Shown in pieces: positions 21,286 through 31,942 of a stretch of DNA of 64,000 bases. Every line of letters begins with the position of its first letter. Position 1 is the first letter of the stretch. The notes below the pieces were generated by a model. The model was not told the origin of the DNA and did no database searches. It worked only from the letters and a program-made list of their open reading frames with translations. The position numbers were made by a program, and so were the translations under genes. This stretch comes from an uncultured delta proteobacterium. GTDB lineage: Bacteria > Desulfobacterota > RBG-13-43-22. The stretch is from the NCBI GenBank assembly GCA_963790475.1, contig CAWBOS010000010.1, forward strand, positions 96,001 through 160,000, given 5' to 3'.

Positions 21286-21669
21286 TCACCCTTCTTTTTT
21301 TGTGAGTGCCTGAGTGATGTCGAGATCTGTCCCTGGGTTGCTTGAATCCCCGTTCTCCTGGATGCCCTGGAACCAATAGGAACGAATTGCGACCGCCACA
21401 CCCTTCCTGGCATTCTCTTTCACCCTGACCACTTTTCCTGAACAGTGCATGCGGACCAACAGCCCTGGGTGGAAATGTTCCAAGGGCAAGTCAAATTGGG
21501 CGGGCTGGCCGGGTAAGATGGTCAGGTCCGTCTCGGTCTCGAAGTAAATCCCCGCGGCGCTGAAATCACGGGTCATACCCTCATACCGGCAGTTTCCGCA
21601 TCCAAACTCTACCGGCACTTGGCCCTGAAACCGCGGTGCCACTCGTCTTTCGATAATTTCTTCAGCCAT
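21286..21669 (-). CDS. PilZ-domain protein
   Basis: RxxxR (ERRVAPRF) and DxSxxG (DFSAAG). Confidence 0.85.
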   Translation of the reverse strand: MAEEIIERRVAPRFQGQVPVEFGCGNCRYEGMTRDFSAAGIYFETETDLTILPGQPAQFDLPLEHFHPGLLVRMHCSGKVVRVKENARKGVAVAIRSYWFQGIQENGDSSNPGTDLDITQALTKKEG

Positions 21670-21854
21670 TTTAAGCCTCGTGGGCTGTATATTAGCTGTT
21701 GAAATGGCAGGAAACAATCGCTCGACGGATAGATTTTTCTATAACCTTAGATATAGATTAACGCCATCTGATATGTTTTATAGATGGCCGGAGAGCAATG
21801 ATCTTGTTTTGACCATTGGATTGGTATAGAATAAGTTCGACTGAACTAATCAAA

Positions 21855-22028
21855 GGAGCCAAGGTTTCAAGGGGCCAAGGATTCAAGTGAAAAGAGTGGA
21901 GATTAAAAGCACGCGGTTTGGGGAACCTTTTTTTAGCTCGACTCTGGGCCTCTTTGGGAAGCCTCTTCTATAGGTCGGCAAAGCCGACCGCAAAGTCGAG
22001 GGGCTGAACCCTCGAATCCATGAACCCT
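21855..22028. repeat. Octamer tandem-repeat element with complementary arms
   Basis: Left GGAGCCAA GGTTTCAA GGGGCCAA GGATTCAA; right TGAACCC TCGAATCC ATGAACCC. Confidence 0.7.
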
Positions 22029-22086
22029 ATTTTCGGAAAAGGCTTTCAAACACGGGAGGGCACAACAAATCATGAAAATGGTTATT

Positions 22087-22116
22087 CGCCGAACGCCGAA
22101 CAGCGAACGCCGAACG
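22087..22116. repeat. Heptamer tandem repeat
   Basis: CGCCGAA CGCCGAA CAGCGAA CGCCGAA CG just upstream of the trmFO start. Confidence 0.7.
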
Positions 22117-22124
22117 TTATTTTC

Positions 22125-23435
22125 ATGTTGACGATCACCATCATCGGTGGGGGATTGGCCGGGTGTGAGGCCGCCTGGCAGGCGATAGGGCAGGGGGGTG
22201 AGGTCCGGATTCTGGAAATGAAGCCTCTGCGTTTTTCTCCGGCCCACCAGTCTCCCTTATTGGCCGAACTGGTATGCAGTAATTCTCTGCGCTCTCAGGA
22301 CCCGGAAAGCGCGGTCGGGCTGCTCAAAGAGGAAATGCGTCTCTTGGGTTCTCTGGTCATGGAATCAGCCCTGACACACCGAGTGCCGGCGGGAAAAGCC
22401 CTGGCGGTGGACCGCGAAAACTTCGCCCGATTTATCACCGATAAAATTATTAATCATCCCTTGATTCAGGTTGTTCATCAGGATGTTTCCACCATTCCCG
22501 ATATAGGCCCTTTGATCCTGGCTACCGGTCCTTTGACCACCGATGAATTGGCCCAGGAGCTTGGTACGCTGTTGGGTTCAAATCATTTGCATTTTTATGA
22601 CGCCATCGCACCCATCGTTTTTCTGGATTCCATTGACTTAAATAAGGCCTATAAGGGTTCAAGGTATGGTCACGGTGGGGATGACTATATCAACTGCCCT
22701 TTAAATGAAGAAGAATACCGGATCTTCCTGAGGCAACTCCTGCAAGCCGAACAGGTGCCGCTTCATTCTTTTGAGGAGCCCCGTTTTTTTGAAGGTTGTC
22801 TGCCGATTGAAATCATGGCCGGGCGGGGAATAGACACCCTGCGATTCGGTCCGATGAAACCGGTGGGTCTACCCGATCCCCGAACGGGCAAGATTCCTCA
22901 TGCGGTTGTTCAACTCCGTCAGGATAATCAAGAGGGAACTTTATTCAATATGGTGGGATTTCAGACCAAGCTGAAATGGCCGGAACAGGAGCGCGTCTTT
23001 CGTCTGATCCCCGGTCTGGAACGGGCGGAGTTCGCCCGGTTGGGGAGTATCCACCGTAATATCTTTGTCAATGGTCCGGAAGTGCTGCTGCCTACCCTGC
23101 AACTCAAAAAAAACCAGGGAATTTTTCTGGCCGGTCAGATTACCGGGGTGGAAGGTTATGTGGAATCAGCGGCCATGGGGATTCTGGCCGGGATCAACGC
23201 CGGTCGGCTCGCACAAAACAAAACACTGATTATTCCTCCGAAGACCACCGCCATTGGGGCCCTGGTGGCCCATATCAGCCGAGAACCTAAAAAAGATTTT
23301 CAACCCATGAACGTCAACCTTGGTCTTTTTCCCCCCCTGGAGGGAAAAGTTCCCCGCCGGCTTCGCGGGAAAGCCTATGCTGAAAGGGCCTTGAGCGATT
23401 TGAGAACTTGGATGGTTTTGGAAGGTCTGAATTGA
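22125..23435 (+). CDS. trmFO: Folate/FAD-dependent tRNA m5U54 methyltransferase
   Basis: [50 protein letters not shown]. Confidence 0.97.
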   Translation: MLTITIIGGGLAGCEAAWQAIGQGGEVRILEMKPLRFSPAHQSPLLAELVCSNSLRSQDPESAVGLLKEEMRLLGSLVMESALTHRVPAGKALAVDRENFARFITDKIINHPLIQVVHQDVSTIPDIGPLILATGPLTTDELAQELGTLLGSNHLHFYDAIAPIVFLDSIDLNKAYKGSRYGHGGDDYINCPLNEEEYRIFLRQLLQAEQVPLHSFEEPRFFEGCLPIEIMAGRGIDTLRFGPMKPVGLPDPRTGKIPHAVVQLRQDNQEGTLFNMVGFQTKLKWPEQERVFRLIPGLERAEFARLGSIHRNIFVNGPEVLLPTLQLKKNQGIFLAGQITGVEGYVESAAMGILAGINAGRLAQNKTLIIPPKTTAIGALVAHISREPKKDFQPMNVNLGLFPPLEGKVPRRLRGKAYAERALSDLRTWMVLEGLN

Positions 23436-24493
23436 TCGGAATAGGGGAGAAGGGAAGGCTTCTGATTATTCACCAGGGGGCCTTGGGGGATCTGATGATG
23501 TCCCTCCCGGCCCTTTATTCCCTGCGTATGTTCCAAGCTGGAGTCGCCTGGACTATGGCCGGAAATTTGGAGACCCTATCTCTGCTTCATAAAAGGTTCT
23601 ATGCTCAAGAGATCATTTCAATCCAAAAAAAAGAATGGGTCTGTTTTTTTCAGGAAGATGGCCGTTTACCGGAAAAGTTCGGGCAATTTTTATCCTCGTT
23701 TCCAAAAGCCTATGTGTTTTCAGCCCATCACCCGGAAATATGGATTCAGGGATTAAACCGGGCCGGTGTCAAAAAGACTTGTTGGATCCCCTCCTTCCCG
23801 GATGTTCAACAGGGGTTCAATCTGCAATCCCTTCAAAGAAAGATACTTGATTCGGAAAATATTCCCTGGAGGCTGCCGGAAAAGACTATTTTCCCGAATG
23901 CGGAAGATTTACAGAAAGCCCGTCTGTATCTGCGAAAACATTTAGGGTTAGGAGAAGGACAGCCTCTTTGGGCCATCCATCCCGGCAGCGGCAGCCCTCA
24001 TAAAAATTGGCCGTTGGTCCGATTTTTAGAAACGGCCGGAAAACTGAGAGACCACCAGCGAATTCAACCGATTTTTCTATCAGGTCCGGTGGAACAGGAA
24101 ACCGATCCTTCTTTGATCCCGGCGATTCAAACCCGAGGGTTCCCAATCGTCAGGAATATATCCCTGCCTATTCTGGCCGCTGTGTTGTCTTATTGCAGAG
24201 GATATCTGGGCAATGATTCCGGGATTTCCCACTTAGCCGCCGCTGTGGGTATTCCCACGGTGGTTATTTTCGGTCCTACCGATCCCACCTTCTGGAGTCC
24301 TCAAGGAACTGCGGTAAAAATTTTATCGCCTAACTGTTCCTGCGCCCCCTGTGACCGTGAAGTCATGCGGAATTGTACTACGAAGGAATGTCTGACCTCT
24401 TTGAAGGCTCAACAGGTCTTGGAGGTCATAGGTACCGAAATAAAAAATAGTTCTTTAGATCAAAGGGTTTCAACATCGGGGCATGAAGAATAA
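23408..24493 (+). CDS. Glycosyltransferase family 9 (heptosyltransferase-like); start uncertain
   Basis: [30 protein letters not shown]. Confidence 0.9.
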   Translation: MDGFGRSELIGIGEKGRLLIIHQGALGDLMMSLPALYSLRMFQAGVAWTMAGNLETLSLLHKRFYAQEIISIQKKEWVCFFQEDGRLPEKFGQFLSSFPKAYVFSAHHPEIWIQGLNRAGVKKTCWIPSFPDVQQGFNLQSLQRKILDSENIPWRLPEKTIFPNAEDLQKARLYLRKHLGLGEGQPLWAIHPGSGSPHKNWPLVRFLETAGKLRDHQRIQPIFLSGPVEQETDPSLIPAIQTRGFPIVRNISLPILAAVLSYCRGYLGNDSGISHLAAAVGIPTVVIFGPTDPTFWSPQGTAVKILSPNCSCAPCDREVMRNCTTKECLTSLKAQQVLEVIGTEIKNSSLDQRVSTSGHEE

Positions 24494-24532
24494 TTTCGAC
24501 CAACGAAGGGACCCGAACGACGGACCTGTTTT

Positions 24533-25006
24533 CTATTGGGGCCGAATAGGATATTCTTTATCGTTTAACTTGAGAACAAATCCGCCGGAATTGTCCTCGG
24601 TGATGCTTTCGGCTATTTGATAGTAAGCCGGACGCAAGAATCGGGCCGGGAATTGACCATTTTTAGTCGTACAGTAAAGGACGCTTTCCGAACTGATTCT
24701 TAAGGTAAGCGGGTCGAGAATTTCCCGGGATTCATCATTCAAGGTAATGCGGATGTGTGCCCGTTCTTCCAGTCCTTCATGGATCAAGTCCACCTGTCGT
24801 ACTACCAGGGGGGTATCTTCTACCTCCAGAAAACATTTCCGATTATTCAGATGGACAATAAATAATCCATCTTCCGTTTTTTCCAGGCTTTGAATCATCC
24901 AAAGAAAAATGGGGCGATGGATGATTTCTGCGCCCTCATGAAACCATTTCCCTTCCTTGCTGACGAAGATCATGCAAGGGGGGATGGATTTACCGTAATC
25001 GGTCAT
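24533..25006 (-). CDS. DUF1285-like protein
   Basis: GKWFHEGAEI.., EVEDTPLVV, ARFLRPAYYQ. Confidence 0.7.
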   Translation of the reverse strand: MTDYGKSIPPCMIFVSKEGKWFHEGAEIIHRPIFLWMIQSLEKTEDGLFIVHLNNRKCFLEVEDTPLVVRQVDLIHEGLEERAHIRITLNDESREILDPLTLRISSESVLYCTTKNGQFPARFLRPAYYQIAESITEDNSGGFVLKLNDKEYPIRPQ

Positions 25007-25021
25007 ATTTCTCCAGTCGGG

Positions 25022-25471
25022 TTAAAAATTCTTTTTGCTGTCTAATATAAAGGTTACCGGACCGTCATTGATAAGATGTATATCCATCATCTCCTGAAAG
25101 CGGCCGCAGGCCACAGTAACCCCTTTTTGTCGAACTTTTTCGATAAATCTTTCATATAAAGGGAGGGCCTGGGAAGGAGGGGCCGAGTCCGAAAATGAGG
25201 GCCGCCTTCCTTTCCGGCAATCCCCCAGGAGGGTAAACTGGGAGACGACCAAAACGGCCCCTCCCGTGTCAGTCACGGAAAGATTGAATTTCTGGTCCCC
25301 GTCCTGGAAGATCCGCAGGTGAATGACTTTTTCCACCAGGTACTCTACATCGGCTTCCATATCTCCGGCCTGGATGCCCAAAAAGACCAAAAGGCCCGGG
25401 CCGATTTCCCCGACCGTCTCTTCCCTGACTTTTACCCGGGCCTCTTTGACCCGCTGAACTACCAGGCGCAT
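25022..25471 (-). CDS. dtd: D-aminoacyl-tRNA deacylase
   Basis: VVQRV, VSQFTL, GRRPSF, NDGPVT. Confidence 0.97.
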   Translation of the reverse strand: MRLVVQRVKEARVKVREETVGEIGPGLLVFLGIQAGDMEADVEYLVEKVIHLRIFQDGDQKFNLSVTDTGGAVLVVSQFTLLGDCRKGRRPSFSDSAPPSQALPLYERFIEKVRQKGVTVACGRFQEMMDIHLINDGPVTFILDSKKNF

Positions 25472-25574
25472 GGTTCCTTAGCCACCTTTCAGGATAGGCT
25501 TTTTATTAGCACAATGCTTCAAGATGGAAAAGAAATATTTTTCTGGAAGGCTAATAAAAATTGGGTTGTTCTGG

Positions 25575-26294
25575 TTAGGCTGTTGATGAGGAGTTCAGAT
25601 AGGACTGATATTGCTTCTCCACCCGGACTATGTAATTCCGGGTTTCTTTGGGCAGGCCCGAAGGATTTTTTTCCAGGTTTCCCATGCCCCAGTTGTAGGC
25701 TGCCAGGGCCAACTTCTGGTTACCCTGGTAACGATCCAGGAGCCGGCTTAAGTACCGGGTGCCGGCCCTGATATTTTGGGCCGGGTCAAAGGGATCGGTC
25801 ACCCCTAATTCGGCGGCAGTCCTGGGCATCAATTGCATCAACCCCTGAGCACCGGCCGGAGATACGGCCTTGGAGTTACCGTTGCTTTCAACGGAGATAA
25901 CGGCTCTTATTAAAGAAGGGTCCACCCCGAATTGACCCGCCGTCCCTTGAATGATTTCGTCAATTTCTTGTCCCTTGGGTTGGCCTGTTGACAGACCGGG
26001 ACCGGGTTCGGATGATGGGTTTTTCAGAACCTGGTGGGGTTGCGAAAAGCTCTCCCCTAGAGAAGGGATTCCGGAAAATGAGGACCACTGTCCCTTTTGG
26101 TCTGTCTTCGATAAAATAGATTCTATTGTTTTTATTAAAAAATCGAGGGCCATTTTCTCCAAGGGGGACGAGAGGTTCATTTCATTTTTGAGAAGGTCAT
26201 GAAATGGAGAAGCTGGGTCGGAAAAGGAGGATGGCACAGTCACCCTCTGGTCGAGGTTTCCGGTTAGGCCGTAATTGGTCAGTTTTTCGATCAT
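25575..26294 (-). CDS. Lytic transglycosylase (SLT domain)
   Basis: VES, AVSPAGAQGLMQLMP, ALAAYNWG, ETRNY. Confidence 0.92.
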   Translation of the reverse strand: MIEKLTNYGLTGNLDQRVTVPSSFSDPASPFHDLLKNEMNLSSPLEKMALDFLIKTIESILSKTDQKGQWSSFSGIPSLGESFSQPHQVLKNPSSEPGPGLSTGQPKGQEIDEIIQGTAGQFGVDPSLIRAVISVESNGNSKAVSPAGAQGLMQLMPRTAAELGVTDPFDPAQNIRAGTRYLSRLLDRYQGNQKLALAAYNWGMGNLEKNPSGLPKETRNYIVRVEKQYQSYLNSSSTA

Positions 26295-26307
26295 GGTTAT
26301 TTTTAAC

Positions 26308-26323
26308 TGCAATTCTTATGCCC
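26308..26323 (-). promoter_or_regulatory. sigma54 promoter for the SLT gene
   Basis: GGGCAT-AAGAA-TTGCA with GG-N10-GC spacing. Confidence 0.65.
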
Positions 26324-26447
26324 GTTCGATAGTCTTAAATAAAAGGCCACTTTCCCCCGATAAATCGGATTTGATCATGGGCTTCCTATACAGATGGAAG
26401 GGGGGATGAGCCTAATTTCCCTTGCCCCTATCTTTTTCTTGACTTAT

Positions 26448-27854
26448 GAGCCTCTTGCAAAAGTCTATTTTTAGGGAATAGACAAGCATAAAGAGTGAGC
26501 CTCAGCGGTGGTTCTGTGTTAAGATGATGTTTAGAAAGAACACAAAAAAACACAGGAGACACCGATGAAGCTCTGGAAAAAAGTATCATGGTTAAGGGGT
26601 AGATTGCAACAAGGTTTATTTTCCGATTTAGAAGAATGTTGGGAACAGCCTTTGACTGAAAAAGAGGAACGGCTGGTGACGATATTGGAACTGGTTGAGG
26701 TTGAAAGATATGTTCCCCGGAGTTCTTTAAATCAGTGGATGGGGAGGAAGATCCTTGAGCGCCAAGCGATAGCGCGGGCTTTTGTGGCCAAGACGGTCTA
26801 TAACCATTCCTTCACCAGATCAACCATTGAACATTTGAAAACGACGTCTAATGTAAGACGCATCTGCGGGTTCGAAAAGGTATCCGACATTCCCTCTGAG
26901 GCCACTTTTTCCAGGGCCTTTGCGGAGTTTGCCGAAGGGGGGCTTGGCGAAAAAGTTCACGAAGCCCTGGTGGAACGTTGTTTAAAGCCGGAACTGGTTG
27001 GTCATATATCCCGAGACGCAACGGCCATAGAAGGTCGGGAAAAGCCGACTAAGAAGCCTGTAAAAGAAAAGCCTGCGCCGAAGAAGAGAGGACGTCCAGT
27101 CAAGGGAGAACTCCGTGATTCCAAGGAAGACAAACGCTTGACCAGGCAACGAGAGCAATCAGTTGAAGAGGCCTTAAAAGAATTGCCGGTTTACTGCGAC
27201 GTAGGGACCAAGAAGAACTCCAAAGGGTACAAAGAGACCTGGGTCGGGTATAAACTCCATGCCGATGTTAATGATTGCGGATTGCCGGTGAGTGTCGTCT
27301 TGACCGCAGCATCGCTTCATGACAGCCAGGTCGCTATACCGTTAATGAAGATGACTAGTTCCAAGGTGGATTATCTTTATGATTTGATGGATGCCGCTTA
27401 TGACGCTGGATCTATCTATGCAATCAGCAGAGCTCTGGGACATGTGCCCATTATCGACAAGAACTTCCGCGGTAAGGATGTGATCCCTATGGCTCCCCAC
27501 GAGGCCAGAAGATTTAATGGAAGGACAGCATCAGAACGGTTCAATAGCCGGTTAAAAGAAGAGTTCGGTGCCAAGAATGTCATGGTCCGAGGAGCCTTGA
27601 AAGTCAATCTCCATCTCATGTTTGGCGTCCTGGCGCTCTTTGCGGATCAGTTGATAAAGTTGGCTTCCTGAGTAAATTTTCAAAGAACGGGGTGAAAAGT
27701 TCAGGTCAGGAGGAGAACTATGCCTGAAAATTGTTACCAAAGTCTCAAATCTGACTATCGTCGTTAAGAAAGACCCAAAATTCCTAAATCGACTGGGATA
27801 ACTGCCTGCTGATATATTTCATCATGCAGTTTTTATAAGTTTTGCAAAAGGTTC
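26448..27854 (+). mobile_element. Complete insertion sequence (DDE, IS5/IS1182-like), 1407 bp
   Basis: IRL GAGCCTCTTGCAAAA vs reverse-complemented IRR GAACCTTTTGCAAAA (13/15); TTAT flanks at 26444-26447 and 27855-27858. Confidence 0.9.
26565..27671 (+). CDS. DDE transposase
   Basis: PSEATFSR, SRDATAI, GYKLH, HDSQ, MDAAYD, R..SERFNSRLK. Confidence 0.93.
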   Translation: MKLWKKVSWLRGRLQQGLFSDLEECWEQPLTEKEERLVTILELVEVERYVPRSSLNQWMGRKILERQAIARAFVAKTVYNHSFTRSTIEHLKTTSNVRRICGFEKVSDIPSEATFSRAFAEFAEGGLGEKVHEALVERCLKPELVGHISRDATAIEGREKPTKKPVKEKPAPKKRGRPVKGELRDSKEDKRLTRQREQSVEEALKELPVYCDVGTKKNSKGYKETWVGYKLHADVNDCGLPVSVVLTAASLHDSQVAIPLMKMTSSKVDYLYDLMDAAYDAGSIYAISRALGHVPIIDKNFRGKDVIPMAPHEARRFNGRTASERFNSRLKEEFGAKNVMVRGALKVNLHLMFGVLALFADQLIKLAS

Positions 27855-28033
27855 TTATAGTAAGAATTATTTCGGAAAAGGGGTTTTATGAATCCAAAAC
27901 CTTCCTATAAACTTGGCGTCGGCCTTCTGTTCCCCTTTTCCCGTTAAAGGTAAGGGCTTAAAAAAATCGTTTCACGGGGATCAATTGTCGGTCCCTCAAG
28001 GCTGCAAAAAAATATAATCCTAAGGAGAAAAAA

Positions 28034-28477
28034 ATGGACGAAAAAAAAGACAAGGCCGGCTTTATCTGTGTTAAAGATACCCTGGACGGTGCCTATCCTT
28101 CCTTGGTTTTGGGAATCAATGCCGCCCGTCTGGGTATGGAAAGCAAGATTTTTTACTCTTTCATGGGGTTGAATATGGTCCTCAAAGGAGGTGCTGAAAG
28201 GGCTAAATTCATCCCACCGGGCGTTATGGGGGCTATTCCGGGTATGAGTACCATTGCCACAGGTATGATGAAAAAAAAGATTGATAAGGCCAACATCCCC
28301 AATCTGGAAGAAATGCAGGAAATGGCCCAACTGGAAGGGGTTCAACTCATCGCCTGTAAGATGACCGTGGATATGATGGAAATAGACGAAGAAAAACTCA
28401 TTGAAGGGGTTATCGTTTGGACGGCGGAGGATTTTCTGAAATATGCCAGAGAATGTAAGATTTGTCTCTTTACCTGA
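28034..28477 (+). CDS. DsrE/DrsH-like sulfur carrier family protein
   Basis: FYSFMGL, MMKKKI..ANIP, LIACKMTVDMM; RBS AAGGAG. Confidence 0.8.
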   Translation: MDEKKDKAGFICVKDTLDGAYPSLVLGINAARLGMESKIFYSFMGLNMVLKGGAERAKFIPPGVMGAIPGMSTIATGMMKKKIDKANIPNLEEMQEMAQLEGVQLIACKMTVDMMEIDEEKLIEGVIVWTAEDFLKYARECKICLFT

Positions 28478-28539
28478 TACAAGAACGGGTGGGGGCAGGA
28501 TCGGGGTATTCGATCCTGCCGATCCTGCCGTTGTAAATA

Positions 28540-29979
28540 TTACCCCCGATCCCCGACCACCCTTTTCAATTCTTCCAGAATGTTGGTCATGCTATTGGCC
28601 TGGGCGGTTATCTCTTGAGCCACAGAGGCAGACTCCTGGGCGCTGGAAGCGTTGATCTGAGAGGTCCTGCTGATTTCTCCTATGGCGATGTTGATCTGTT
28701 CAATCCCTTGGGCTTGTTTCTGGGCAACCTGAGAAGCCGTGCCGCTAAATCCAGTGATAGGAGTACTGGCATCTCCGTAAGCGATGAAACTTCCCAGACT
28801 GGCTCTCACCAGTTCATCTCCCCTATTGATAAGACGAACAGTCTCTTCGATGAGGGCGCTGGTGTTCTTTGACGCTTCGGTGGAACGCATAGCCAGGTTT
28901 CGAACCTCCTGGGCAACTACCGAGAAACCGATACCGACCTCATTGGTCTGGGCGGCCTCTATCGAGGCGCTTAGGGCCAGGAGGTTGGTCTGAAAGGCGA
29001 TTTCACTGATTGTTTTGACGATCTTGTAGGTCTCTTCGCTCGAAACCTTGATCTCCTTCATCGCCTTCTTCGCCTGTCTAAATTTTTCAAAAGCCTCCAT
29101 TCCCAAAACGCTGGATTCTTCCGAAATAATTTTTAAACTATCGACATCTTCATTATTTCTCTGGATAATGGAGGCGAGTTCCTCCGTTACGGAAGAAGTC
29201 TCCTCCACCGCAGCTGCTTGTATCGAGGTCCCACCGGCAAGCTGATTACTTGATGAGGCAATCTGCTCGGATGTGGCAGCAAACTGGGAGCAAGTCTCGG
29301 AAAGATTCCTGATGCAGTGATAGACCGGCTTGGTGATTGAGCCGGCGAAAAAAAATCCGAAGAGGAGGGCGATCACGATCCCGGCCGCTGTTCCGACTGC
29401 GACCAGGCGTTTTTGCCAAACCTCCAGATCAAGTCCTGTCTGCTTTGCTTTTTCGCTGAGTTTCAGATTAAAGTTCGACAAATCCAGCAGAAGCTTTTCG
29501 GCCTGGCCGAAGGATTCCCTTTCCTTGCCGGCGGAGAGGGCCACCGCTTCGGCGCGTTTCCCTTCTTTCAACAAGTTAATAATTTCATTATGGCTTTTCC
29601 GCCAAGTCTCCCAGGCAGGTTTCAGATTACTCCAAAGGGCCTCTCCTTGCTTCGTGCTGGGCAGAGTCTCATAAACCTTCCTGCTTTTCTCAGCACGATC
29701 CCAGGCTTCGTCAAGCCTCTGGAAAAGACGGCCTCTCTCGGTCTCATCGCTGAAGGACTCCGGGATCAAGAGAGACTGCTTCACCCTCTGAATAGTCTTC
29801 TGGGCCTCGATCATAGTCCCCAGGCAATGAATGGCCGGGAAATGAACCTCGGATACATCCTTCAGTTCGTCGCCCAATTGGGAAATGCCGTATGGTCCCA
29901 GTAAACCGCCGATCAAAAGTATGAAACCCATCAACATGAATCCACCGATTAATTTGGTGCTTAAATTTAACTTTGCCAT
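28540..29979 (-). CDS. Methyl-accepting chemotaxis protein, divergent signalling tip
   Basis: TM-4HB-TM layout; [17 protein letters not shown]. Confidence 0.9.
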   Translation of the reverse strand: MAKLNLSTKLIGGFMLMGFILLIGGLLGPYGISQLGDELKDVSEVHFPAIHCLGTMIEAQKTIQRVKQSLLIPESFSDETERGRLFQRLDEAWDRAEKSRKVYETLPSTKQGEALWSNLKPAWETWRKSHNEIINLLKEGKRAEAVALSAGKERESFGQAEKLLLDLSNFNLKLSEKAKQTGLDLEVWQKRLVAVGTAAGIVIALLFGFFFAGSITKPVYHCIRNLSETCSQFAATSEQIASSSNQLAGGTSIQAAAVEETSSVTEELASIIQRNNEDVDSLKIISEESSVLGMEAFEKFRQAKKAMKEIKVSSEETYKIVKTISEIAFQTNLLALSASIEAAQTNEVGIGFSVVAQEVRNLAMRSTEASKNTSALIEETVRLINRGDELVRASLGSFIAYGDASTPITGFSGTASQVAQKQAQGIEQINIAIGEISRTSQINASSAQESASVAQEITAQANSMTNILEELKRVVGDRG

Positions 29980-29991
29980 TTTTATATCCTT

Positions 29992-31530
29992 TCAAACGGG
30001 AATAGGTGACAAAATTTCCCTTTTCTTTAACAGTGGAAAATGCTTCATCTGGAATTCTCTCTCGTTTTCAGCCAACGGCATTTCGTCCGTTCCCTTGGAA
30101 TTGATGACCGCTGCCAATTCAGAAACGTATCGCTTCATGGCTGTGGATTGGGCGCTCATCTCTTCGGCGGCGGCAGCAGTCTCCTCGGCGCAGGCGGCGT
30201 TTTCCTGATCCACTCTGTTGATTTCTTTTATGGAAATATTGATCCGATCAAAGCCCAGGGCCTGTTCATGAGAGGCTTCCGCTGCCCGGTTGATGGTATC
30301 CACAAACTTGTCGGCAATCGCGCTGAAATCGACGAATTTTGCCGTACTGGTATCGACGAGCTCTACTCCCTTGGAAATGGCCTGAACGGTTCTTTCAATG
30401 AGTGTGCTGGTGTTGTTTGCCGCCCTGGCCGACCTGATGGCCAGATTTCGGACCTCATCGGCAACAACGGCAAAGCCGGCTCCAGCCTCACCCGCCCGGG
30501 CGGCTTCGACCGAAGCGTTGAGGGCCAGCAGGTTGGTCTGAAAGGCGATTTCTTCTATGGTCTTCACCGTCTTTGAAGTTTCCGTGCTTGCCTCCTTGAT
30601 GGCGCTCATCGCTATGGCCGCTTCCTTGATGTTTTTAAGCGTATTTTTACGCACTACTTCCACTTGATCAGTAATCCCCTTGAGCTTGTGTATGAAATCG
30701 TCATGACGCCGGTTGGCGGAAGTGAGTTCTTCAGTCACGGATGATGTTTCTTCAACGGCGGCAGCCTGTTCCGATGTTCCTTCGGCGAGCCGATGACTTG
30801 ACGAAGCAATATGGTCGGAGGCCGTTGTGAACTGTTTAGAAATTTCATTGAGATTTACGGTAATGCGGTTAATCGGCTTGGTAATGGACCGCGTGAAAAA
30901 AATTCCTAAAGCAAGGGCGATCAGGATTCCGACGGCCGAACCGGCTGAGGCCATGGCTTTCTGCCAGAGCTCCAGGGCCAGTCCTGATTTTCTGGCTTCC
31001 TGGCCAAGTTTGAGATTAAGGTCCGATAGATCCAGCAGGATCCTTTCCGCCTGTCCGAAGGATTCCCTGGTTTGACCGACGGACAGGGTCACCGCCTCGT
31101 TGCGTTTCCCATTTCTTAAAAATTGAACAACCTCCTGATGATTTTTCCGCCAGGACTCCCAGGCCGGTTTCAGATTAGTCCAAAGGGTCTCTTCTGCTTT
31201 AGTGCGAGGGAGAGTCTCATAAATCTTCCAACCTTTTTCAGCTCGGGTCCAGGCTTCTCCAAGATTTTGAATCAGTCGCGCTTTCTCGGTCTCGTTGTTC
31301 AGATACTCGGGGGTCAGAAGCGACTGCTCAATCCCCGATATTGTTTGTTGGGCTTCGCTGATGATTTTTAGGCCATTTATTCCCGGAAGGCGAACATCGG
31401 AAAATGTCCTCAGGTTAATACTCATCTGGGAGATGCCGTATGATCCAATAAGGCCTCCGATCAAAAGCATCAGACCCATGACCGTGAATCCACCGATCAA
31501 TTTGGTGGTCAGTTTTAATTCTCTCAACAT
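29992..31530 (-). CDS. Methyl-accepting chemotaxis protein
   Basis: [37 protein letters not shown]. Confidence 0.95.
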   Translation of the reverse strand: MLRELKLTTKLIGGFTVMGLMLLIGGLIGSYGISQMSINLRTFSDVRLPGINGLKIISEAQQTISGIEQSLLTPEYLNNETEKARLIQNLGEAWTRAEKGWKIYETLPRTKAEETLWTNLKPAWESWRKNHQEVVQFLRNGKRNEAVTLSVGQTRESFGQAERILLDLSDLNLKLGQEARKSGLALELWQKAMASAGSAVGILIALALGIFFTRSITKPINRITVNLNEISKQFTTASDHIASSSHRLAEGTSEQAAAVEETSSVTEELTSANRRHDDFIHKLKGITDQVEVVRKNTLKNIKEAAIAMSAIKEASTETSKTVKTIEEIAFQTNLLALNASVEAARAGEAGAGFAVVADEVRNLAIRSARAANNTSTLIERTVQAISKGVELVDTSTAKFVDFSAIADKFVDTINRAAEASHEQALGFDRINISIKEINRVDQENAACAEETAAAAEEMSAQSTAMKRYVSELAAVINSKGTDEMPLAENEREFQMKHFPLLKKREILSPIPV

Positions 31531-31644
31531 TTAAATTATTCCTTTCGCCTTTTATTTTGTATCTTTCAGGGTTAACATGCACTTTTCATAATCAAAAACA
31601 GGTTGTTACGGAGATGTAGATCCTTCTTTACCTATTCATGGTAA

Positions 31645-31672
31645 TTATCGGCATTTCAGGATAAAAGCTTTA
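31645..31672 (-). promoter_or_regulatory. sigma28 (FliA) promoter of the MCP pair
   Basis: TAAA-N16-GCCGATAA, ~115 nt upstream of the MCP start. Confidence 0.8.
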
Positions 31673-31942
31673 ACCTCTTTCAATCGCAACAAACGGTTAA
31701 AAAATAGAAGTATTTTGCTAACTATTTAAAAGAAAAGGAAAAAACAAAAATAGTTTGGATCTTGATCCAAATTTAATTTCAGAATGAGGTCCGGCCAGGG
31801 GGTTTCATAAGGACGGTATTTTGAAAAAGGTCCTTTTTTATAGGTTTTTCATTATATTTTTTTTGACAGTTCGTCCGTTTTCATATAAATATTTCAAGTT
31901 GAATGGCATTTATTGAAAAAGGTAGTTCCATAGAATGACCTC

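Noticed and set aside
22020-22124. N-terminal extension of trmFO in the ORF track
   Set aside because: Reads through the tandem repeats; the family start fits ATG 22125. The PHP extension 35561-35611 is rejected for the same reason
27888-27947. Short ORF with an RBS-like sequence after the IS
   Set aside because: Only 19 codons and no recognisable homology
28475-28477. TGA ending the DsrE-like gene as Sec
   Set aside because: Falls at the natural-looking C-terminus (CLFT), not at a Cys-equivalent position; the downstream hairpin fits a terminator between convergent genes
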